Positions 55,885-64,000 of a stretch of 64,000 bases of DNA are shown here, piece after piece; within the stretch, counting starts at the first letter, position 1, and the number at the start of each line of letters is the position of its first letter. The DNA is from a virus: UHGV virus genome UHGV-0289908; one strand, given 5' to 3'. Under the pieces are notes generated by a model. The model was given only the letters and a program-made list of their open reading frames with translations. It ran no database searches and had not been told where the DNA came from. The translations under genes and the position numbers were made by a program.

Positions 55885-56217
55885 CTATTCCCCCTTAATA
55901 ATTGGTTCTTGCCCCACTTCTGGAGCTACTGGAGTTTCCTCTGGTAGAACATCTTCAACCACTTCGTCTTCCACTGGTGTGTCCACTTCTGGAATTTCCA
56001 CCTCTGGATGTTCTACTCCCATGTCTGGGTCAATCTCTTCGATTTCTTCCTCCACTACTTCATCTTGTACTGGTGGACAAATCATGTCATAAAGAGTGTT
56101 ATACTCTTGGTCTGTTAATGTTCCCACCAGATAAAAGACATCCAGTTTTTGTAACATATCATCTTGTGTGTATAATCCACGCTCAATGATTTTGTGTAGC
56201 ATGTAATATAATTGCAT
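55885..56217 (-). CDS. XkdX-like N-terminus fused to an acidic Pro/Glu/Val repeat tail
   Basis: 'MQLYYMLHKIIERGLYTQDDMLQKLDVFYLVGTLTDQEYNTLYDMI' followed by 'PEVEIPEVDTPVEDEVVEDVLPEETPVAPEV'. Confidence 0.45.
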   Translation of the reverse strand: MQLYYMLHKIIERGLYTQDDMLQKLDVFYLVGTLTDQEYNTLYDMICPPVQDEVVEEEIEEIDPDMGVEHPEVEIPEVDTPVEDEVVEDVLPEETPVAPEVGQEPIIKGE

Positions 56218-56255
56218 AGAATACCTCCTTGCATAATAAAAAGGCTAGAAGATTT

Positions 56256-58019
56256 CTAGCCTAACATCATCATTTGTAATTCATAATCAAATTGTAATAA
56301 AGTACGTTCATACTCCATTTGTACAACTTGTGTTAATAATAGTTCTTCAAGACCAATGATTTGTTGCTCTTGTTTGCGAAGAACTTTAGTGTTTTGTGTT
56401 ACCTGTCCTGTACGACCTGTGACCACACTGTATTTTAAGTGTGGGGATAATGATTGTCCGCTTGACCCACTTTCTAAAACCATATGTCCATTAGCGTATG
56501 CAAACGGAATAGTTGATGGTTTAATAATGGCAGTGGTTGGCTCAGCAACTGCATATTGAATTGTGATTGGATTTGCTTGAAGATAACGTCTCAATTCACC
56601 CACATTGTTGGAAGCCAAGGTCGAAGGAGACAGTGCTATTCTCAACTCAAAATGTGAATCATGATTATATGTTGTAATTTGCTCCTGTTTTGGTTCTTGT
56701 GCTACATCTCCCACCTTCAATCTGTCGCAAATTAAAGCGGTTTTATCTGCACTTTTATTACCAAAAATTGGGAGGTTTATACCAAACCTGTAATTATCGC
56801 CCTTCATCTCTGCAAAATTCCACGCTTCGCTCTCACTACCATTGAACACATATTCCACAATACGTTGCACATATTCGCCAGTTAAGGCATTATAAGAATC
56901 CTTAGTATCTCCAACACTTCTTAAAATAACCTCTTCTGACGTGCGTAAAATATTTGTTTTATGGTCTTCGTAGGTTGTTGCAGTTGGGGATTCTTCAACT
57001 TGGATATTGGAGAACTCCGCTTCCCCTACTTCTCCTGCCCCAGAATAGAACAAAATAGAAATATCGTTGAAATCTTTAGGTGTCGTAAATGTGATTGCAT
57101 CACCGCCACCACCTGTTACCCATTGACTAGTTCTATTATAGTATATGTTCCACTTAACCGTTGTTCCCGATATTCCTTTGACATTCATCTTCACTGTATA
57201 TTCGGTATTGGGCTTTAAGGGTAGTATTTGCCTTACATACCATTCTCCTTTAACTCTTAAAGTGCCATTGCTTATATTATAAGTGTTGGTAGTATAAGGA
57301 ATTATCTCACCATTAATATCAAATAGGTTCTTCCCCACATTGCGTAAAATGGGCATTTTACAACTTCCCAGTCCTTCAAAGTAGGGAGGTAATTCTGCAT
57401 TAGTCCAATCTCCTTCTAAAACCATTAAGTTTGAAAGGGTGACTCTATCGCTATTGGACGTAACCGCCCTGTGAGCAGTTAAGGCATTAGACGTAGATTC
57501 AGCAGAGGTAGAGATTAATACTGCAAATCGACCTCTTGAACCAATGCTTCGATTGACCTCCCAAGACTTGTCGCCTTCTCGGAAACCAATTACAATCCCA
57601 TCTACATCAAAATCCAATTCTCCAACAACTGTATATGTTGTGTTTGGTTTGAGCAGTGCAGCGTAATTTAAAAAAAGTACTCCACTGGCATTAAGTGTAA
57701 ACGAACTTCCGTTTCTCACCCAAGCGGAATCTGTGTCGGGGCGAAGACTGGTAAGAAGATTAACCAAGCTCTTCCCCTTAAACACAAGACTCTCATATGC
57801 TCCATCTTTAACGTTAGCACTGTAATCTACATCAACTCCAGTACCAACTTTGAACATACTCTTATCCTGTGCAATAGTCGGAGTAAACATCTGACTCTTT
57901 GACATCAAAGTGTCAAGGTTCTCTCCATTGCTCATAGTAACACACTCACCTAAAGTTAATGGGTGAAGCACATTACCATTTGCATCTTGTAATTGAATCT
58001 TTTTAGCCATCTTACTCAC
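56256..58019 (-). CDS. Tail fibre / receptor-binding protein (587 aa), paralogous family member
   Basis: Shares 'PYFEG..SCKMPILR..GKNLFD', the 'LTGEYVQRI' module and the C-terminal '...LQFDYELQMMMLG' with the other fibres. Confidence 0.6.
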   Translation of the reverse strand: MSKMAKKIQLQDANGNVLHPLTLGECVTMSNGENLDTLMSKSQMFTPTIAQDKSMFKVGTGVDVDYSANVKDGAYESLVFKGKSLVNLLTSLRPDTDSAWVRNGSSFTLNASGVLFLNYAALLKPNTTYTVVGELDFDVDGIVIGFREGDKSWEVNRSIGSRGRFAVLISTSAESTSNALTAHRAVTSNSDRVTLSNLMVLEGDWTNAELPPYFEGLGSCKMPILRNVGKNLFDINGEIIPYTTNTYNISNGTLRVKGEWYVRQILPLKPNTEYTVKMNVKGISGTTVKWNIYYNRTSQWVTGGGGDAITFTTPKDFNDISILFYSGAGEVGEAEFSNIQVEESPTATTYEDHKTNILRTSEEVILRSVGDTKDSYNALTGEYVQRIVEYVFNGSESEAWNFAEMKGDNYRFGINLPIFGNKSADKTALICDRLKVGDVAQEPKQEQITTYNHDSHFELRIALSPSTLASNNVGELRRYLQANPITIQYAVAEPTTAIIKPSTIPFAYANGHMVLESGSSGQSLSPHLKYSVVTGRTGQVTQNTKVLRKQEQQIIGLEELLLTQVVQMEYERTLLQFDYELQMMMLG

Positions 58020-61000
58020 CTCCTAATGACATCATTTGCATTTCATAATCGAATTGTAAAATAGCTTTATCATAAGCAGACTGAACCATGCTTGTTAACA
58101 TCATAGCTTCAAAATCATCTAACTGTTTTTGATGTGCAGACACACGTTTTGTGTTCGAGTTGATTTGACCCGATTTATTAGCAACCAATGAGTATTCAAC
58201 CTTAGGTGTTAATGATTGTTCAATAGAACCAGATGATAATTGCACATGACCGTCTTTATAGGCATATGGGAATCCTTGTACGTCAATAGTTGATACGATT
58301 GGTGTCTCTAGTTCGTATTGAACTGTAATTGGATTTTGTGAAACCCATTGTCTAAATCCAGTTACGTTCAATTCTGTTAGTTTTGTTTTCTTAATAGAAA
58401 TGTACATAACACTTGAACCTGCTTCTCCCCAAATTCCTTCTCTTGTTACGATTCCCCCAGTATTAACAATAGAAGACGTTACAGTAGGGAAGCTATCACA
58501 AACCATGTTTTGTGCTCCTGTCTTTTTGTTTGGTAGACCCATAGCATTTACATTCCAATAACAAGCTACATAATCACCATTTGCCCAATTACTGTTGTAC
58601 CACATTTCCTCATCACTTGAACCATCAAAAACAACCTCACCAATTCTCTGTACATACTCACCAGTCTCCACATTCAAAGTATCACATACTCCATTTTGCA
58701 ATGAACGTAAAACAATCGTTTTATCAACTTCTGAAAGTGTTATAATATTACTGTTTAACACACCTACTGAAATTGATGAGTTATTAGTGTAACGGATTGA
58801 AATAACTGCATATTGTTCACTACTTGTTGTAGTAAACATTATATCATTACTCCATACAAGTCTATTAGATGTGCTAAGTTTTTCTTTATTGTAAGTTTGC
58901 ACATATCCTTGATAGTTGTCTGATAATTTTAAACGGTATGTGGTATTAGGCTTCACTTTGACAATATCTTTTAATCGTAAACGAGCATTATTTGACTCTT
59001 TATTGTTTTGATATAAAACACCAACAGTTGTGATTGTTCCACCTTGTTCAAACATATCTTCCGTTAATTCAATCTTGTCACCATTTGCCGATAAAATGTT
59101 GGATTTATATGATTCATAGGGGGAAGGATACGAGCCTTGTTCAATTATGGCAAATCTCTCTTTGTCAACTTTACTATTAAACCACTTTACATAATGGCAA
59201 TTAGTCTTTGTTGTAAATGGTTTATTTCCAATCCAATTACGCTCGATTATGTTTTTATTGAAGTCATATTCTATTATGTTAAATCCATCAATAGCTGACG
59301 CATCACTAATTTTATATGTTGTATTCGGTGAGACACGAGTGAAGTTCATACTTCTTTGTAGTATGTCACTATCATAAGGTATCCCATTACTTCCAATTCC
59401 ACCCAATTCAATTTTTCCATCAAATAAATTCTTCCCACAATTCGATAAAATAGGAGATTTAACGTCACAGATACCCTCAAAGTAAGGTTCATCACCTGCC
59501 ACATCTCCCTCAATAACCATCACGTTGTTTAACTTATTACCTCGTCCACTCATAGTTAATAACTCATTGCTTAGTGTAGATGGAGTTGTAATGGTGGTTA
59601 CACGATTACCTACCGTTGTTGAAGCAGTAGCTCCACCTAAGTTAAAGTTGATAGCAGAGTTCGTATGGTCATTGCTATATGAGTTTGTAACAATCGAATA
59701 TTTAGTTGATGGTTTTAAGATGACTGGATAAGTTGGGTTTGAATGTGATAAGATTGGATATAATGAATTTTCTGGAATTTCAGAATAGATGTGAGTTGTT
59801 GTATTCCATGATTTAAGAGTTGGAATTACATTACCATTTTGGTCTACTACTTTTAAGTCAACTGTTTTATGGACTGGTTCGGCACATATTGTTTGGAATG
59901 TAATGGGATTGTCAGTGATGTATGTTTTGAATGAATTAGCAGTACCTTGAAGTTTGTTTTTTGAGATAAAGAAATAAAATTTTGCCCCCCAATAATAAGA
60001 ATGTTCATAATCACCAGTGTAATTTGTGTCTACACTGAATTTATCACACATAGATTTCATAACATAGTCATTACTTAAATTATTACTAATATGGTCTGCA
60101 TTAACACCAAAACGATATACGTTTTCAAATTCGTCTACTGTTACATTTCTGTCTTTAAAAGATTCATCGAATACAATCTTATAGACACGTTTAGTCAAGT
60201 CACCAGTTAGCAAATCAAACGTATCTTGTACATCACCAACGCTACCTAATTCAACAGGCTCTAAAGTAGATAAAATACTTGATTTATAGGGTTCGTAAGG
60301 TGTAGGTGCTGTGCCTTGTTCAAGTTGAATGTGAGATATATTATCAATATCCATTTGAAAGACGGTTCTCAAAAAAGTTGATTTTTCATTTGGTGAAGTT
60401 CCGATAAATTTTTTTTCACTATCATAGTATCTTATTAAGTCTGATGATGTAGTTCCATCAACTCCATATGAGGTGGCAATATACTTAGTATTTTGAACGA
60501 TAGGAATATAATCCTTACTTCTTGTTTGAGTTGTGTATTGATTTAAATTGTCCCCACTTAAATGATTAATACTTCCACGCTCTAGTGTATAATTATTCCA
60601 TAAGTTCTTACCAATAGTTCGTAAAATAGGCATTTTACATGAAGCCATACCTTCAAAGTAAGGAATGTCCCACTCTTCCATACCTTCTTGGTATTCAATA
60701 ATCATAATATCTCTGATTTTAATTGCTCCTCTTGCAAACGCATTTTGACAACGTAGAGCCATAAATATTTCATCAGTTAATTCACTTTTTGTTGTTGAAA
60801 GCCATTGATAACGTCCAACACCATTGACTATCATAGAATCTCCAAAAATAGATTCCACACTTGGGTTATTAAGACGATAACCTTCATTATTAACAACTTC
60901 AAAAGTTTCAACATAACAACTTATATAATATTTCGTGTTTGGTTTTAAATCTTGTAATGCTCTCCATTGGTCGAATGATTGTTTTGAATTTTGGACTAAT

Positions 61001-61464
61001 TGATGATAACCATCCCAATCACTAGAAGCGGTATAATCAATAATTTTTTTCGGCACTAAATTAACCAACGTCTGTCCTTTAAGTTCAACCCCTAAAGCAC
61101 CACTCTCTTTAGTGTCATTAATCGTCACATATTGTCCATCTTCGAACTCGTAAGGTAAAACAACGTCTTGTGAACTAGGTTCTTGGATACAGTTAACCAT
61201 TGTCTTTCCTTTTAAAACACATGAGTTGTAAGCCCCATCAATAGCACTCTCGCTTAAATCAACACTGTCTCCTTCTCCGACTTTAAACATCGCTTTTGAG
61301 CTTTCAATAACAGGGGAATATTTACTACTGTCGCTATTTGTTAACGCTTCTTCAATAGTTGTACCATCGTCCATAGTGACATACTTGGCTTCTGTTAACG
61401 GATACAGAGTAGTCTCACTGCCATCTAAGTTTGTACGATACATTTGAATAGTTTTTGTTGTCAC
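58012..61464 (-). CDS. Large tail fibre / receptor-binding protein (1150 aa) with repeated modules
   Basis: Two copies of the 'EPYKS...(V/L)..G(D/E)...R' module. C-terminal 'ILQFDYEMQMMSLGGE' conserved with the paralogues. Confidence 0.6.
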   Translation of the reverse strand: MTTKTIQMYRTNLDGSETTLYPLTEAKYVTMDDGTTIEEALTNSDSSKYSPVIESSKAMFKVGEGDSVDLSESAIDGAYNSCVLKGKTMVNCIQEPSSQDVVLPYEFEDGQYVTINDTKESGALGVELKGQTLVNLVPKKIIDYTASSDWDGYHQLVQNSKQSFDQWRALQDLKPNTKYYISCYVETFEVVNNEGYRLNNPSVESIFGDSMIVNGVGRYQWLSTTKSELTDEIFMALRCQNAFARGAIKIRDIMIIEYQEGMEEWDIPYFEGMASCKMPILRTIGKNLWNNYTLERGSINHLSGDNLNQYTTQTRSKDYIPIVQNTKYIATSYGVDGTTSSDLIRYYDSEKKFIGTSPNEKSTFLRTVFQMDIDNISHIQLEQGTAPTPYEPYKSSILSTLEPVELGSVGDVQDTFDLLTGDLTKRVYKIVFDESFKDRNVTVDEFENVYRFGVNADHISNNLSNDYVMKSMCDKFSVDTNYTGDYEHSYYWGAKFYFFISKNKLQGTANSFKTYITDNPITFQTICAEPVHKTVDLKVVDQNGNVIPTLKSWNTTTHIYSEIPENSLYPILSHSNPTYPVILKPSTKYSIVTNSYSNDHTNSAINFNLGGATASTTVGNRVTTITTPSTLSNELLTMSGRGNKLNNVMVIEGDVAGDEPYFEGICDVKSPILSNCGKNLFDGKIELGGIGSNGIPYDSDILQRSMNFTRVSPNTTYKISDASAIDGFNIIEYDFNKNIIERNWIGNKPFTTKTNCHYVKWFNSKVDKERFAIIEQGSYPSPYESYKSNILSANGDKIELTEDMFEQGGTITTVGVLYQNNKESNNARLRLKDIVKVKPNTTYRLKLSDNYQGYVQTYNKEKLSTSNRLVWSNDIMFTTTSSEQYAVISIRYTNNSSISVGVLNSNIITLSEVDKTIVLRSLQNGVCDTLNVETGEYVQRIGEVVFDGSSDEEMWYNSNWANGDYVACYWNVNAMGLPNKKTGAQNMVCDSFPTVTSSIVNTGGIVTREGIWGEAGSSVMYISIKKTKLTELNVTGFRQWVSQNPITVQYELETPIVSTIDVQGFPYAYKDGHVQLSSGSIEQSLTPKVEYSLVANKSGQINSNTKRVSAHQKQLDDFEAMMLTSMVQSAYDKAILQFDYEMQMMSLGGE

Positions 61465-61538
61465 TGTATCACTTCCTTTTTAGCATAATATAAAAGAGGG
61501 TAATTACACCCTCTTGCAATAAAACTTTGATTTTACTG

Positions 61539-61718
61539 TTAGTCTAATTCTGGAATCACAACAGGTTGATAGTGTCGTAAATCTAATAACGACAATAATT
61601 CTTCAACCTCTGCTTCCGTTAAACGACCATTGTTTTTGAATGTCTCAATCTTATGACGAATTTCATCATAGTTGTAAGAGTCTGCATTAATCATTTTTAG
61701 AATCATATTATAAATCAT
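61539..61718 (-). CDS. XkdX-like small protein (59 aa), paralogue 3
   Basis: Hand-translated 'MIYNMILKMINADSYNYDEIRHKIETFKNNGRLTEAEVEELLSL...'. Confidence 0.45.
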   Translation of the reverse strand: MIYNMILKMINADSYNYDEIRHKIETFKNNGRLTEAEVEELLSLLDLRHYQPVVIPELD

Positions 61719-61728
61719 GATATTCCTC

Positions 61729-64000
61729 CTATTCGGCTAATGCCATCATTGATAGTTCCATATCAAATTTTAATAAACGTAGATTGTATTCTGCGTTTAC
61801 AAATGATACGATTAGGTTATCTAAATCTAAGATGTCTAATTCGTGACGTTGAAGTGTTTCATTGTTAGCTTGAATCTGTTGCGTTTGGTTCACGTTGTAA
61901 GCAATTTCAACCACTGGAGCAATCTCGCTATTTAAGAAGATGTGTCCGTCTTTATAGATATATGGGAATCCTTCTAGGTCTACTTCTGTGACTACTGGGG
62001 TTTCGAGTTGATAATAAACAGTGGTTGGATTTTTAGATAGCCAACTTCTAAAAGAACTTTCGTCTTTAGTACATCTTAATTGTATGTTTTTATTTTCGTT
62101 CAATGCTATTCCAGATTCGTATTTGTTGTTCCAGTTGCTGTTTGCAGTGCGAACCAAGATATTCTTACAAAGCAGGTGTTCAGAAGCGTCATTGCTATTT
62201 GCTTTTGCATCACGTACATAACATTGGTACAAATATGAGGTAGTGTCGGACGGTGAATCCATGAAGCCCCATATTTCGTTATCAGAGCCATCAAACATAG
62301 CTTTTCCAACCCTTTGAATTAAAGTGGCTTTCTTCTTCATTCGGTCAATGATTAACTCATCACACGCTCCATTAGGAAGACTTCTTAATGGCGATAAAAG
62401 TGGGATTTTAGTGCTATTTGACTTGTAAGGTTCGTAGGTAGTTACTGTGCCACCTTCTTCTAATTGAACATTGTAAATCTTAAATGTTTCATTTAAGATA
62501 GTTCCGTTAGAGAATCTAATTGTAATTTTGTTGGATAATGTGACAAATGAAATGTTGTTTTTGTTAGCCCCCATATTACTTATGCTATTCATATTGGAAG
62601 TGACAAATCCATCGTAGATGGTTGTACAATTCCTCTGCATTATATTTCTTTCTAGTGATAAGGTGTAACTGGTGTTTGGTTTCACATAAAAATGATAATA
62701 CGCTGCTCCCTTATATGTGCTTGAAGCATTCCATTCAATGAAGTTATCTCCAATAATCACTTCGTTTTTGTCATAATTTCCTAAGTAGTCGTATTCCGAT
62801 AGTTTTCTGTCAAACAAGTTCTTCCCAGTCGATAAAACTTCAATTTTACTTTCATCTTCAAACGCAGACTTAATACCTTTGAAATAAGGTAGTGCTTTTG
62901 AAGTTAAATCTCCTTCAAGAATCATTAAATCATTAACCCAACCTGTTGTATAAAATAAATTATTTACTGGAAGTTGTCCACTATTAAACGGTCTACTTAT
63001 CATATATCCAATTTCTTGACCATTATGTGCAACAAAAGCACCGTTCCCTGCACTTAATTTCATAGTGTATACGCTATTGGCTTTCATCAAGTCCATATGA
63101 TATGAGTTGCTTGTAGGAACTTCATAATTAAGACTAGGAATTAATGAACCTTCTTCACTTGAAAGTTGAATATGACCATTAGAGAATGATAACACCTCAG
63201 TGATTGAGTTTTCTTTTGAAGTAGTAGTTTGATACCATACTGTAATAGGGTTTTGAGATAAGTATTGTTTTAAGCCATTCACATCTTGAGTCGGTAGATT
63301 GTTATTTAGCACCCTAACATGGATTGAATTTAATGTACTATTGATTATGATACCCTGTACATTATCAATGTTCCACACACTCTTGTTCTCCATACCATTT
63401 ACAATGCAATTTTGAGTTGAAGCAATTGGGGATAAAGGTATTGTAAAATACTTTGAATTTTGTTGTGTTTGACTATCTACAATAGTCCAACCAGTTTCAC
63501 TTCCATCTAATACAACTTTTTCCCAATTGCCATAACTAGATAAATCAACTGTTTTATGAACTGGTTCTGCTAGTCGATAGTATATTTTAGTCCCTATAAC
63601 TTTAGCCTTAAATGCTTCTAAATCATCACCTGTCTCATATATAACAAAGTTTCCTAGGTTTTGATAGATACCAAAATCAGTATTAGCAGGAGCACCATGT
63701 GAAACTTTATCAGCTAGGAAGTTATCTGAAGAGTAACTTGATATTTTATCTGTTAGATTTCCCACAATACAAGTACATTTTCCATCAAGTAAAGTTGTTG
63801 AAAATGAATCTTCTTCAGTTACAATACGTTCTCCATAATAGTTAGTCAATTCACCAGTTAGTAAGTTCAATTCATCTTGTACGTCACCAACTCCACGTAA
63901 TTCTAAATCACTTGGAGTAGATAAAATGTTTGATTTATAGGGTTCATAGGTTGTAGCAACAGCACCTTCTTCTACCTGTAATTCTTTGAAGTATACAACA
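61729..64000 (-). CDS. Tail fibre / receptor-binding protein; the 5' end lies beyond the window (the frame stays open to nt 64000)
   Basis: The ORF-track start at 63870 is a TTG inside a repeated 'LTGEL' module. The upstream in-frame translation ('...TTYEPYKSNILSTPSDLELRGVGDVQDELNLLTGEL') has no stop and matches modules of the 1150-aa fibre. C-terminal 'LLKFDMELSMMALAE'. Confidence 0.6.
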   Translation of the reverse strand, partial: VVYFKELQVEEGAVATTYEPYKSNILSTPSDLELRGVGDVQDELNLLTGELTNYYGERIVTEEDSFSTTLLDGKCTCIVGNLTDKISSYSSDNFLADKVSHGAPANTDFGIYQNLGNFVIYETGDDLEAFKAKVIGTKIYYRLAEPVHKTVDLSSYGNWEKVVLDGSETGWTIVDSQTQQNSKYFTIPLSPIASTQNCIVNGMENKSVWNIDNVQGIIINSTLNSIHVRVLNNNLPTQDVNGLKQYLSQNPITVWYQTTTSKENSITEVLSFSNGHIQLSSEEGSLIPSLNYEVPTSNSYHMDLMKANSVYTMKLSAGNGAFVAHNGQEIGYMISRPFNSGQLPVNNLFYTTGWVNDLMILEGDLTSKALPYFKGIKSAFEDESKIEVLSTGKNLFDRKLSEYDYLGNYDKNEVIIGDNFIEWNASSTYKGAAYYHFYVKPNTSYTLSLERNIMQRNCTTIYDGFVTSNMNSISNMGANKNNISFVTLSNKITIRFSNGTILNETFKIYNVQLEEGGTVTTYEPYKSNSTKIPLLSPLRSLPNGACDELIIDRMKKKATLIQRVGKAMFDGSDNEIWGFMDSPSDTTSYLYQCYVRDAKANSNDASEHLLCKNILVRTANSNWNNKYESGIALNENKNIQLRCTKDESSFRSWLSKNPTTVYYQLETPVVTEVDLEGFPYIYKDGHIFLNSEIAPVVEIAYNVNQTQQIQANNETLQRHELDILDLDNLIVSFVNAEYNLRLLKFDMELSMMALAE

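Noticed and set aside
55805-56189. Plus-strand Ser/Thr-rich ORFs 55805..56092 and 55902..56189
   Set aside because: They are antisense images of the acidic P/E/V repeat in the minus-strand gene 55885..56217. The low-complexity translation and the absence of an RBS indicate an artefact.

Overview
This 64-kb window reads as a segment of a large dsDNA phage genome that infects a Firmicutes-type host; I see no clear host genes. On the + strand from 1 to about 50.7 kb there is a long block of early and replication genes. Many of these genes sit behind their own near-identical promoter: an A/T-rich 'AAAATATTATAAAAT' upstream element, a TTGACA -35 and an extended TGnTATAAT -10. I count about 18 copies of this promoter.

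The + strand block encodes:
- Nucleotide metabolism: nrdE (5' end outside the window), a small thioredoxin-fold redoxin, nrdF, guanylate kinase, thymidine kinase, FolD, dUTPase, and anaerobic RNR nrdD/nrdG.
- Replication: ATP-dependent DNA ligase, a DnaB-like helicase, a DnaG-like primase with an apparent frameshift, a RecJ-like DHH nuclease, a DnaE-type polymerase, a RecD-like helicase and a P-loop ATPase.
- Two sigma-70-family sigma factors.
- Four freestanding HNH-type homing endonucleases.
- A group I intron in nrdD (clear P1 pairing, GNRA hairpin before the 3' splice site) that carries a GIY-YIG endonuclease.

The accessory content is unusual. Notable items:
- An adjacent NAMPT-like gene and PRPP-synthetase-like gene, with no NMNAT in the window. 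This looks like the phage NAD+ reconstitution pathway (NARP1-type, Namat/Adps) rather than classical NMN salvage.
- A macro-domain protein co-transcribed with a sigma factor.
- Two TerD-domain proteins flanking a P-type (Ca2+-type) cation ATPase.
- An array of five tandem ~100-aa paralogues ending in (Q/E)WI(E/K/D). The array is bracketed by a perfect 56-bp direct repeat, which is the promoter module itself.
- A membrane-anchored J-domain protein.
- A conserved two-copy non-coding element of about 75 nt, and a roughly 260-nt highly structured leader or ncRNA candidate.

From about 50.75 kb to the end the genes switch to the - strand: a holin-like protein, an amidase endolysin, a tyrosine recombinase, an Ig-repeat tail protein, a class-3 lipase-like hydrolase, three small XkdX-like paralogues and three large paralogous tail-fibre genes. 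The last fibre gene runs off the window edge.

All calls are made by eye from motifs. No database searches were run.
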